A DNA stretch of 64,000 nucleotides from Octopus vulgaris (lineage: Eukaryota), in NCBI GenBank assembly GCA_951406725.2, contig OX597819.1, forward strand, positions 43,710,001 through 43,774,000, read 5' to 3'. Shown here piece by piece: positions 29,454 to 42,027 of the stretch. The notes beneath the pieces were generated by a model that saw only the letters and a program-made list of their open reading frames with translations, had not been told where the DNA came from and did no database searches. Positions within the stretch are counted from its first letter, which is position 1; the number at the start of each line of letters is the position of its first letter. The position numbers and the translations under genes were made by a program.

Positions 29454-29978
29454 CCGTAAATCCTCGAGTATAGTCCGCCCTTGAATATAATACGCAGGGG
29501 ATTTTTAGGGGGCTGAACCTCTGAAAAACCTAAACCTTGTGTATAATACGCACCCCTTCTCTAACTTGAGTCAAGGAGGTCTATATAACATCCTTGGTTT
29601 GTAAAAATTTATACGTTAATATCCTTTATTATTATTATTGTATATATAACATAATGCAAACGTGTAGCTTTTTTGTGTAATTTTGTTTGCAGAAAATAAA
29701 GAAATAACAGTAATAACAGTAATAACGTTTAATAAATGTTGCTTACTGCAAGTTATAGATGATTCTTTTATGACTTCATTGCTTTCAGGCTTAGCTTAAG
29801 GTATTTTCGCGCCCGACATCACAAAAAGCGCCTGAATAAACATTGTCGGACAGCAAGTAGAGACTCGGACATTGCTTAGAAAATATTTTTCATTTTTAAC
29901 CTCGTGTATAGTACACACTAGGGATTTTGACCGTTAAATTTTGGGAAAAAAATGCGGATTATACTCGAGGATTTACGG
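29454..29978. mobile_element. Tc2/pogo-like MITE
   Basis: TIR CCGTAAATCCTCGAGTATA at both ends, TA flanks, subterminal TATAATACGCA repeats, no ORF. Confidence 0.88.
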
Positions 29979-30309
29979 TATTCCTATGCTTATTTTCGAC
30001 ATAGGTCGCATTTCTACTACGACTTAAAACCGACTCGGACAGAAAATCGTCCGTTAATTGTCATTTGAATGGAAATTTAGCTTTCACTCTAAAACACATA
30101 TTACTAGCTTTATACCACCCCCCTTGAGACCCAACTACATTAACTGGTAAACATAGAATACCTCATAAGTAATATAAACGTCTTAAATTTAGTGGCTGCG
30201 TTAATGAAGACATTACGCGTTAATTTAATGTGTTAAACTTATGTTTATTAATGTATATCGAATTATGCATAGATATATACAAGATTTACACAGATATAAG
30301 AGTTAGAAC

Positions 30310-30380
30310 TTGTGAACCGCCCGAGGATCTTTTTCATTGGAAATTTTTGCCCGCCGCACTAAAAAGTTTCCCCACCTCTG
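30310..30380 (+). mobile_element. hAT-like terminal fragment
   Basis: Ends AAAAAGTTTCCCCACCTCTG, typical of hAT/Charlie right ends; no partner end seen. Confidence 0.5.
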
Positions 30381-30881
30381 GACTATACTGACAAACGCTT
30401 GTACAAGATAACTACAACTGAGCAGCTGTGATTAGAACCTGTCAACAGGCCGAAGAGAGATGACCAGTAATTACGTGAAACCACAGGTTTTACATTAAAG
30501 TGTCCCTCTTCTAGAAGGATGCTGTGACCCTTCACATGATCCTCAAACGGAATTAGCGTGATGCGGTGAGCCATAAGGCTGAACCTTTGAATTACTGGAC
30601 CTTTAATCCAGCCAACGAATTTCTGCGCGGTTTCTGTCTACACAATTTCTGTTACAAGGCAGAGGTTGATCCGGTGAATGACACTTACCGGTCCGTCACT
30701 CCCGGTGGTTTTCCTTCACGCTCTGACAACAATCAAGGGTATTTCTACGCCACCACGCAGAGATGGGACCTTGGCAGATGCTGCTATTGGTCAGAATAGA
30801 CCTGGGGAACGATAGTGGCTAACAAGTGGCTCCACACTCTTCAAGACCATGGAACTCCCGAAACAGACCGCCAGTTTAAAG

Positions 30882-30961
<80 letters not shown>

Positions 30962-31078
30962 ACACACACACGCACAGACACACATATATACATACAAATG
31001 TAACGTATTATATTTTTTATTTGGGGGATTAGTTTATAAAGAGGTACTCCTGCTTCAGTTCTTCAAGAATGTATGCGC

Positions 31079-31125
<47 letters not shown>

Positions 31126-31389
31126 CGTGTAATACTATGTAAAATCCGTGTAGAAACGCGAAAGAATAAAAATATTATATAAGCCACAGTATTAAATGTA
31201 TGAAGCAGAGTGGATGTATTATTTTAAAACCAAAACCAGAGATTCTTACAAGACTAATCAGATTTCCTCCTCTAAAGAATTCTTTACCGAATTTTATAGA
31301 AAAATAAAAAGAGTATGGGAGGGTGAGAAAGAGAAGGAGATATGGTGGGCAAGGATTGATAAAGATATATAGATATGTTATAGATATCT

Positions 31390-31619
31390 GTTTCTTTATT
31401 GCCCACAAGGGGCTAAACATAGAGGGGACAAACAAGGACAGACAAACGGATTAAGTCGATTACATCGACCCCAGTGCTTAACTGGTACTTAATTTATCGA
31501 CCCTGAAAGGATGTAAGGCAAAGTCGACCTCGGCGGAATTTGAACTCAGAACGTAACGGCAGACGAAATACGGCTACGCATTTCGCACGGCGTGCTAACG
31601 ATTCTGCCAGCTCGCCGCC
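31390..31619 (-). mobile_element. SINE family A, full-length
   Basis: Complete consensus match; ATAGATATGT-like sequence on both sides. Confidence 0.92.
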
Positions 31620-31744
31620 TTATATATAGATATGTACTATGAGTGTGTGTGTGCATGTGCATGTAATTGTGTGTATTAAAATGCCTTCATGTACAAGCAT
31701 CATTATGTGTCGACAACGGTGTGTATCAGTATAACACATATGTT

Positions 31745-31848
31745 CACTAACGTAGCTAGAGTGTGTGCCGCCCGGGGCGGCCCATCATTTTAGCCTCCCC
31801 CAGGCCACCACAAAATATTCAGTGCCGCTTCCTTTAGCTACACTAGTG
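31745..31848. mobile_element. Small hAT-like MITE (~104 bp)
   Basis: Imperfect TIRs CACTAACGTAGCTA / TAGCTACACTAGTG; 8-bp flanks CATATGTT / CGTATGTC. Confidence 0.65.
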
Positions 31849-32334
31849 CGTATGTCCCCCTCACATTAATTGGGCAACCAAACAACTAAAACGATTATTT
31901 AACAAAATTATGTATTTAGTATGCTAGAAGTTAGTCTTTGCGGGGTCGCTCGACTGACCAGAAACAGCAATAAAATTGTCCTTCAAGCAAGAGCACCGTC
32001 TTGAAAAATGGAGACATTTGGTAATATAGTCGGAAATATACTTTACCTAAAAATAAAAATAAAAGAAAAGAAATGAAAAAGACGGGATGGGCACGGCTTG
32101 CATGTCTACTCTATCTGGTGCAACTTGAGGTTAAACAACAACAAGAACAGCAACAACGATGAGAACAACTACAACAATATATCTGACACGCTGTCGGTGG
32201 AAATTCAAGTTAGACAGAAAATGAATCGACGTTTACTAGTCTTGGCGGACCTATAAAGGTCATGAGAGCATCTTCTTCGAATGTCATGAGAAAGAAGAAA
32301 CTACAATTCTGACTAAACAACAACAACAACGATG

Positions 32335-32405
<71 letters not shown>

Positions 32406-33389
32406 GAAGAATCCTAAAGTGACCATCTATCCTGACTGATAAATAATATATTCTTCACTCACCTTCTAATAAAGACACAATGCCGACGTTTTCATATATG
32501 ACTAGTCGTAAATACAAACAACTATGACTAATTATAAAATGAAACAATGATCAGTCAGAAGTAAAGTCAACATGGAATAAAAAAAATAAAAAACTAAACA
32601 AAATAAAATAAAACAAAACAGAAGAGAATATTGTTTCAGATGTTAACATCTAAGCTCACGGTCAAACGTTAATGTTCTGATTAGGTTTAAATTAATGATT
32701 ACCGGAACATTAATGATGATTGTGAAATATATGGTCAAAATTTGATTGCATCTACTAACAATGGTCTGGTCTAAAAGAAATTATGGACATAATGTAATGG
32801 TCACTACTAAATTAATGTCCATTCTATAATTAATGACCTTTGTGGGAGTTGATAATTATTTATGGTTATTTATGGTTACATCGCAGAAACTGAGAAATTG
32901 TAACCAGATGATACTTTGCCAAGCCACAGCATATTGGCATTTGTATTTATAACACATATTACGCACACATACATCAAGTTAGAGTGAGGTAGCGGAGATA
33001 TTTAACAATCGCTAGCTCAGCCAATACAGCTGTATATATGTATGTCGTTAACAAACGAACAGGCACGTCTCTGCTGTAAAAGCAGAGAGGATTGTATAAA
33101 TATACAAACTTACAACCGTTCAACCGAAATATCGTAATTGGATCTCCGTCGGTTTAGTCGATGCGTATTTAGTTATTCGATCAACTGAACTGATTTCTCA
33201 TTGAATAAGCGCGTAAGTGGTTGAGTATTTCGCAGACACGTGTATTAAAGCTACCCGCCACTCACAAGAAAATATGGTTTGGTGATATGTATCATGCTTT
33301 TGCTGTTTGTTTTAGGTGCCTATGTAGTCATAAGCAGACATAAACACACTCTCGACCACCCTGTCTATGAAACAGCACAACATCGACGA

Positions 33390-33600
33390 AGCTGCACCAG
33401 TACCTTGTTGTTTTCATCACAGTTGGATAGATTGGAACAACGTAGTACTGGAGTGCCTTAAAAACACAACGTACAATGCAGACTACAAATTGGACTCATG
33501 GTGTTAAGAACATAATCCAAACCCCTAACCGCTAGGCTGCAACGCTTTCACCAAAGGCACGTATACCCTTAACGTAATCCCCAGACAGAGTTAGCGTGAC
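33390..33600 (-). mobile_element. SINE family D, degenerate fragments
   Basis: GGAACAACGT...AACACAACG...CCCTAACCGCTAGGC, plus CCCTTAACGTAAT...AGCGTGAC body piece. Confidence 0.6.
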
Positions 33601-33601
33601 G

Positions 33602-33775
33602 CATCATCATCATCAGCATCAGCAGCAGCAGCAGCAGTACCAGCAGCAGCACCAGCAACGACAGCCGTTCAAGAATTTGGACCTGGAGATCTCCATATCC
33701 AGCGACTTCGAGGTCCACCTCCCAGTGGTGTCGGGCGTCAACGAAGAGTCCTCGACTACAACAAGACGACCAAAG
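33602..33775 (+). CDS. Candidate coding exon fragment of an unknown protein (HHHHQHQQQQQQYQQQHQQRQPFKNLDLEISISSDFEVHLPVVSGVNEESST)
   Basis: Non-repetitive GC-rich island whose codons mostly end in G/C in this frame. No splice acceptor or family motif recognised. Confidence 0.3.
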
Positions 33776-33869
33776 TCTTTTTTTTTGTTTTTTTCCAAGG
33801 TCTGGGGTGTCCCGCCCCTAAGCCCTAGACCATCACCGAATCCCCCTTACCCGTCTTGTTGTTTAACAA

Positions 33870-33913
<44 letters not shown>

Positions 33914-34327
33914 ACAGCAGCAGCAGCAGCAGCAGCATCAACAACAACAACTAGAAGCATAGTAATAACGACCAAAACAATAACGACAACCCACGTCAAA
34001 GACATTATATTTGTTGTATTCATTTCTTAATTTCCAACAAGCGCCATTTTAGATAAACCAATCCAAACCACACAAACTCGACTACAATTGATTGAAAACA
34101 ACAACGACAACACTAGAAACAACAATAGCAACAACAACAACAACAACAATAACAACAACAACAAACAGAGAAACAAATTATAAAATGACAAAGACACAGG
34201 AAATAAATACTAAAAAAAAAACAAAAGGAAAACAAAACACTTATCAAATCGATATCATTATCATCATCACCATCATCATCGTCATTGTGATCATCATCAC
34301 GATAATAATAATAATAATGATAATAAC

Positions 34328-34375
<48 letters not shown>

Positions 34376-34862
34376 TATTATTATTATTATTATTAATACC
34401 AGGAATTATTATTATTATTATTGTTATTGTTGTTGTTGTTGTTGTTATTATTATTATTATCGTTTTATTATCATTATCATTATATATTTTTAATCAAATT
34501 ATTGATATTTTGTTGAACCAATCTGAAATTTAATTATTTGAGGGAGGAATTAAACGCACACGCATATATATATATACACGCATCATGTATATATATGCAT
34601 ACATACATACATACATACATACATACATACATACATACATACATACACACATACATACACCCAAACATATAAACACACATAAAACACATAGGTATATATA
34701 TACACACATACATAGGAATACACATAACTATGTTAGATATGTAGTAGTTCCCTTTATAATGTGTGTGCGTGTGTGTGTGTATTAATTTACTTAGGAATAA
34801 CTATTTAAATATTTGCTATATGTCTGTTACTTGTATTTCGGCGTGGAAACAAAATGTACGAC

Positions 34863-34937
<75 letters not shown>

Positions 34938-34944
34938 AAAGTAC

Positions 34945-35221
<277 letters not shown>

Positions 35222-35733
35222 AGAAGGTTGAAAAGGAACACACGAGTTGATATTTAAGGAAAAAAGTAAAGGTAGAAAATGCTAAATTGATTTTATAAAA
35301 AACATTTCAGTACCGGTTTCAGTCATTGAGACTTTTTCAAATGTAAGTATGAAAAGCAAGTAAATTTTGGAAAAATAAAAAAAAAAGTTTTTTCAAAAGA
35401 ATATTTGCATAGAATTCAAATACAAGGGACATTTTGCTTGTTTCTGCCTGTCTCTATCTCTCATGTTTACTCTTGTGGGTTCGACCTCGAACCCACTTTC
35501 AGCACACACTTTCTGACACCCATTTAGAAATATACATGTGTCTTTGTATGTCTATGTGTTACTGTGCATATGCACACACCGCAAGATTTGTCCTGAAACT
35601 AATACAAAATTGGTATAACACTTTTATTACCATTTACTTTAAAACATTTTGACGACTGTCTAGTTGGGCAGCAAGCTCACCCATTGCGATTCGTGTCTGC
35701 GTATCGGTGTGACCACATGCTTGTTGTTTCGTG

Positions 35734-35980
35734 TTACTGGTCGCATGTCTTGTTCTCAGTGCTCATTTCTACTTCTCTGAACGTCTTCGGACACCTGTGT
35801 ACATTGCTCTTGTCAACGGTGTCATCTTCGTAAACAACCTGTAGCGTCCTGTGGATGTCAGATAGCTTGTACTTCACCTTATTCAAGAGCTCTATAACGG
35901 GATGGGGTTTCTTCTTGGAACTCATTATTTTCCTGTAAAGAGAAATAGTTACTAGAGAGAAAGTTACTTTACGAACGGAA
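35734..35980 (-). mobile_element. mariner 5' fragment (TIR remnant plus HTH N-terminus)
   Basis: SDIHRTLQVVYEDDTVDKSNVHR is a mariner HTH-like motif; CGTTCGTAAAGTAACTTT TIR-like sequence lies upstream on the minus strand. Confidence 0.7.
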
Positions 35981-36129
35981 GCAATTTGGACGACCGATGT
36001 CAGTTAATAAAAGTGTTATACCAATTTTGTATTAGTTTCAGGACAAATCTTGCGGTGTGTGCATACACACAGTAAAATATAGACATACAAAGACACATGT
36101 ATATTTCTAAATGAGTAAGGAAAAATCGA

Positions 36130-36460
36130 GTGCAGGCGTGTGCCTCAGTAGTTAGGGACATTCGGTTCACGATTGTAAGGTTGTGAGTTCGATATACAGC
36201 GACGTGTTGTGCCCTTGACAAAGCACTTTATTTCACGTTACTCCAGTACACTCAACTAGCAATAGTGACTACTACCGTTATTACAAAAGGTTCAGCCTTC
36301 TCACACTCTGTGTCACGCTGAATCTCCTTGAGAACTACATTATGGAATTCGTGTGTTTGTGGATTGCTCAGCCACATGCACGTTAATTTCACGAGCAGGC
36401 TGTTCTGCAGATCGGATCAACTGGAACCCTCGTCGTCGTTATCGAAACCGACGGAGCGCC
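36130..36460 (+). mobile_element. SINE family D variant
   Basis: tRNA head, CCTTGACAAAGCACTTTATTTCACGTT core; similar to 51755-51960. Confidence 0.78.
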
Positions 36461-36673
36461 ACTTTAAGGAGAATCGAAAGAAAGCAGCATGCCATGCACT
36501 GTATGAAAATGGTAGCCACTATTCCACGTTAACACTAAGCTAGTATCTATTCAGTAGTCATATTGGCTAAACGTGATCTATTAATCACCTATGACTGCTA
36601 CTCACACTTTTCTGGCAGACATGTTGTCAATGTTACGTTGATAATTTCAAAACAATAAAGATAGAATGAAGAG

Positions 36674-36716
<43 letters not shown>

Positions 36717-36841
36717 ATGTGTGTTTGTGTGTGTGTTTGTGTGTGTGTGCTCATGTGTGTGAGAACATGTGATAGCTGTATGTTCGATGATGTGTATGTG
36801 TGTACAGATGTATCTTGTACGCGCGCGCGCATACTCACTCA

Positions 36842-36902
<61 letters not shown>

Positions 36903-37664
36903 GTATATATGTGTATGTATATACATGTAAATAAATAGATGCTTACATACACAGACACATATACATAGATACATAGATACATACATACATTTATACAAAC
37001 ACACACATACATATATATATATGAGTGTGTATGCGTTTGTGTCTATGCACAAGAGATTCATTACAGCAATTGCATTATTTAAGGTTTTATTTTCCACATT
37101 TATTCTGAGCAATCATGTATCCATCTCTCAATGCTAGAGTAGAAAGTTAATTTTTTTTTGGCCTTATATAACTTTCCTTCGAATGAGAGAAATACCACTT
37201 GCAGATTCACTCACATATACACATGTACACATGCACATATACATACATGCACAAAAGTAACTCTCCTGTCTTAAACAACAGATGGGGGTTCCGCAATTTC
37301 TAGCTGAGCAACTTGCACAAATGGTTTGTTTATAGTCATCAAATATTTGTGCTGTATTTCAGCTTATTCCTTCCATCAAAGATACATTGCCAGTGCAGAT
37401 GCACGATGTGCCGCGCGTCAGATGCTGAAGTGATGGTAGAGCAAAATGAGAAGAACACAATGCATCGAATGGTCCGGGAATCGAAAGCATGATCTTGCAA
37501 TCGTGAGGGCAACACCCTAACCACTAGGCTACACACACTCATATGATATATAGAGATACTATATGTATATATGAATGTGTGTGTGTGGAATGTGTGTATG
37601 TATATGTATGTGTATATAGTATATATGTATCCCTCTCTCTCATAGATATATATATATACATGCA

Positions 37665-37732
<68 letters not shown>

Positions 37733-37789
37733 CAACAATTGAGGGTAAAATTAATTAATTATTAATCAATTTCACCAAGTATTCAGTAT

Positions 37790-38135
37790 GTAAAGGGACC
37801 ATTTAAGGCGAATTCAAATTATTACATTATATAAAAGGGCTTAGTAAAATAAATTACTTTGCCACACGAGTTGACTAATCTTGAAAGGAGTTCTGAGCTG
37901 ATGATAGAAATGTCGAGTTGACTAATCTTGAAACGTACGTTCTCAAATAACCTTTGCATTTGATTTTTTAATGTCTTTACCCCCATACTTTCGTGAGTTG
38001 AATTGAGCAAGCACTATATGAGAGAGATTTTCTTTAAGTATTAGAAATAGTTTTAAAAAAGTTTTTTTAGCTACTATTTCTAATGAGTTCAGTATGTGGC
38101 AAAGTAATTTATTTTACTAAGCCCTTTTATATAAT
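37790..38135 (+). mobile_element. Penelope-type terminal repeat with an inverted copy of its 3' end
   Basis: 37822-37867 is the reverse complement of 38094-38134; encloses a hammerhead and the GCTACTATTTCTA motif. Confidence 0.72.
37894..37945 (+). ncRNA. Type-I hammerhead ribozyme with palindromic stem III
   Basis: TGAG-CTGATGA-TAGAAATGTC-GAGTT-GACTAATCTT-GAAACGTACGTT-CTCA. Stem I is TGAG/CTCA; AACGTACGTT is a palindrome. Confidence 0.8.
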
Positions 38136-38585
38136 ATATATATATATATATGTATGCATGCATGGGCATGTATGTATATATATGTTTGAATGTTTGCACA
38201 TGTATGTATATATATGTATAGTTTCTTCCTGCTCTGATATTCACCTGTGAGTGCACGGGATTTACTGGCAATTTATCACACACATACACACACGCGCGCA
38301 CACATGCATATCTGTATGTCATATACATACATACATATTATATATATATATATATTTCGTTTCTGGATTTGGTTTGCAAGATTCTTTATATTAGATATAA
38401 ATAATATAAATAATAAGGCACTAAAAGAGAATGACTCTCCCCAGACACAACAATATATATATATATATATATGAGAAAATAAAAAAAGGAAAATACATAT
38501 ATTTTCCTTTTTTTAATTTCTTATATACATTACAACTCACCACGCGGGAATAATCGAAATTCCTCTTTTCTGTTACTACTACTAC

Positions 38586-38636
<51 letters not shown>

Positions 38637-38777
38637 TATTTATTACACTCGCATCTGCTACAGTAGCGAAGTGTCATTTGTGATTCGAATTATGGATGGA
38701 TAAATGTTGATTGATTTTCGCCAGTGTGTAAACTCATTAATTGGTCATTAATTCTGCTAGTTCGTTATTAACTTACG

Positions 38778-38975
38778 CATATACATAAATACATACATAC
38801 ATACATACATACATACATACATACATACATACATACATACATACATACATAAATACATACATACATACATACATACATACATACATACATACATACATAC
38901 ATGCATACATACATACATACATACATACATACATACATACATACATACATACATACATACATGCATACATACATA
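38778..38975. repeat. (CATA)n tetranucleotide tract
   Basis: Visible. Confidence 0.95.
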
Positions 38976-39321
38976 GGTACATGCACTCATGTATATACAT
39001 GTTGAATTTATCTAATATAAAGATAAATTAAACATGAAAATTTGTGCGAAATCTCATGAAAGCATGCAGACTATATTCTGTGGCACAATTAATCCGACAT
39101 CCAATTTTACATGACAACCCAGTTGCGTGTTTTTCATGGGGATGGTTGGTGGTCATGGAAGAATCTACTATGTTACAATAATTTGGGTATCTTGAGTTGC
39201 TCTCCCATCCATATCAATCATGAAGGTTCTGCTTCGTTGTACTTGCCAAATGTTCTCTCTGAAGAAGCCATGAGTAACTACGACCAATCGCTAAAGTTTT
39301 TATTCCGTAACAACAGGAACA

Positions 39322-39399
<78 letters not shown>

Positions 39400-39571
39400 G
39401 AGTGATATGAAAAATTTAGACATGCATATGCATACTTTTGCATGCACAAGGAACCATAAACTTAGAAGTTAATGCACATAATGTTGGGGAAACACACACA
39501 AATATATACATAGCATATAATGATGGGACACGTGTGATCTTGTCTCTGAATTATAAGTTAGTTGTTTAGGC

Positions 39572-39670
39572 CGGTTACTGATGAGGATTCGCCTGGTAGA
39601 TAATATGGTCTTGCTAAAAGATGGCAAGCGATATTATTTGCTAAAGAAATCTGAAACAATGGTATAACCG
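39572..39670 (+). ncRNA. Type-I hammerhead ribozyme with long stem II
   Basis: Stem I CGGTTA/TAACCG (6 bp), CTGATGA at 39578-84, ~68-nt stem-II hairpin, GAAAC at 39653-57, GTA cleavage triplet at 39662-64. Confidence 0.82.
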
Positions 39671-39941
39671 TTATATAACAAGGTAAAGGTTTTTATTTTT
39701 CATTTACTTCGAAATTTGCTATAAAATTGTGGTGTTTGGCCGTGTTGGCTGCTATTTCTAGCATGTAAAATTACCCGTTAAAGGGTAATTTTCTATTTTG
39801 AAATACGAATACGTTGTCTATTGACTTTTTATGCATGCTAGGCCACTGGTGGTGATATTTATAACGAGTATTCGCCACCCTATATATATATGTACCTTAT
39901 GAATATAATCATTTATATATATATATGTACACACACACACA

Positions 39942-40015
<74 letters not shown>

Positions 40016-40670
40016 TGTTATATTCTGTTAAAAACGTACAGTATAACGCTCGTCCATCTTCAGATTTCACCCGGTGCTATCCAGCAATAGTACTATAACA
40101 ACTGCCAGATTTGCGTTGTGGTTTTTGTAGTGTGTTAATGGTCAACTGTATAGGTTGGAGTCCAGAAAGAAAGGGTACAGAGGAACATTTATTTGTAATC
40201 GCTACAATTGTTTCGATACAACGTAGTTCTCCAGTTTCACAGATATTTGGTTATGTAATCGCCTCCCTTCATTATGAGATCTTGTTATGTTTCCTCAGCT
40301 GATATATAAATATTGCTTCTGCTTTCCATAAACTCAAATACTCGGCTGCGTACGCCTCCTTTCTGTGAGTCGTGGCTTGCCAGGGTGTAGTAACCACTTC
40401 AATGTGTCACAAGGCATGTTGTGATATACTGGTGGTCACTACTCCATCGCAAGCCACTACTTGTGGTTACTACTCCATCGCGAGACTAGGTACGTTGGGT
40501 AAGTGCTGTAATGGATTACCAGGGCACCAAGGTCATAGCCGAGACGGGGGTTATGGATCCATTGTAGATTTCCGATATAGCGGATATACAATTATTAAAG
40601 AGGACAGCAAACATTAAGGCAAGACAAACATATCAAGTCATATACGTTATTATTATTGGAAAGATTCAAA

Positions 40671-40726
40671 GTCTTACAGCTGTTTCTGGGATATCCCAAA
40701 GTATGGGATATTTCGTCATCGGAGAC
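40671..40726 (-). ncRNA. Type-I hammerhead ribozyme (CCGATGA core variant)
   Basis: Minus strand: GTCT-CCGATGA-CGAAATATCCCA-TACTT-TGGGATATCCCA-GAAACAGCTGTA-AGAC, with palindromic ACAGCTGT stem III. Confidence 0.72.
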
Positions 40727-41444
40727 AAATTAGGAAAATTTGATGGGTATAGATTAATGAAACAATGACATAGAGGACAGAAGAAAGGGAATAACGAAAT
40801 GAAGAAAAAGTGTAAAAAAGAAGCATAAAAGTTCAACCTCCGATAGAGCAGGTGTTAGTCCACATATATATATAAATGGATATTATGATATTATGTATGA
40901 TTATCGTCACCGCAACGAGGCAGTGACAGAAGAAAATGATCCCGAGTTTATGCTCAATTAGATATCTACAAATAATTGAAATTAATTTACTAGGTGACAT
41001 TATATTAGCTTCGTATTTTGCCAACCGAACGTGAATTGAGACACCTTAAAAGATATGATTTATTCAGACATATAGAGCCAAAAATCCTGTAGACATCCGT
41101 AGCACATGTTGAAATTTGTATTCAAAATAAAAAGAAAAGCACGAATTTTTGTGCCAACACTACTTAACATGTGAATAACTCTGAAACAAAACCAGCCGAA
41201 ACCTATGAAAAAGAAGGAACATCTTGACAGTTTTGTCAACCATATGTCTAGCTCCGAAACAGAATTGTCTGCTGATATCAGTTAATATGGCCGAACGTCC
41301 TCGATCTCATATAAGTTGACTCACACGTCACAAAACACAAAATCTATTAAACCCTTTGTTTGTCTAAAAAATTTTCATAGTTTTGTCCTAAACGGCCATG
41401 TTTGTTCCCAAACTTTCAGTTAGTTTTTCTTTCATACGTTGTCG

Positions 41445-41993
41445 ATCAAATTGATGCAACACTAACATTTTGAATTAAAATACGTAGACAAAAAATTCAA
41501 TATCTAAAATTAAAATAGCAGAAAAACTCGTTTGTTTTCATAATATATGTCAGAATTGATAAGGAATAAGAGATTATTGTATAGCTATATAATTTTATAG
41601 AAATTCTAAAAATATATCCTTCTCCTGATTTTTACAATAGAATTACAATCGAATATTTAAGAGATGAGGAATTATGTATAGCTGATTATATATGGAAAAA
41701 TGGAAACCACCTCCCCCTGTTCGATAAAGTTAAAATAATTGACAGAGAATATCACTGGAAAATACGAAAACTAAAAGAAGCAGCACATATGCTAGGACAC
41801 AACAACCTCCTAAGCAGACCGAGTGCAGATATGAGCAGCATATGGGAACCGGTATTAAGGAAGGATATTCACACCATAATTGCCTAAAATTCACTCCATA
41901 ATTGCCCACGAGCATATGGCGTAGTGGTTAAGAGCGCGGGCTACTAACCCCAAGATTCCAAGCTTGATTCCAAGCAGTGACCTGAACAATAGC

Positions 41994-42027
<34 letters not shown>

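Noticed and set aside
35308-35345. Hammerhead-like minus-strand motif TTGAAAA-AGTC-TCAAT-GACT-GAAACCGGTA
   Set aside because: Core deviates at several conserved positions and stem I is mismatched; possibly a decayed pLTR, not counted.
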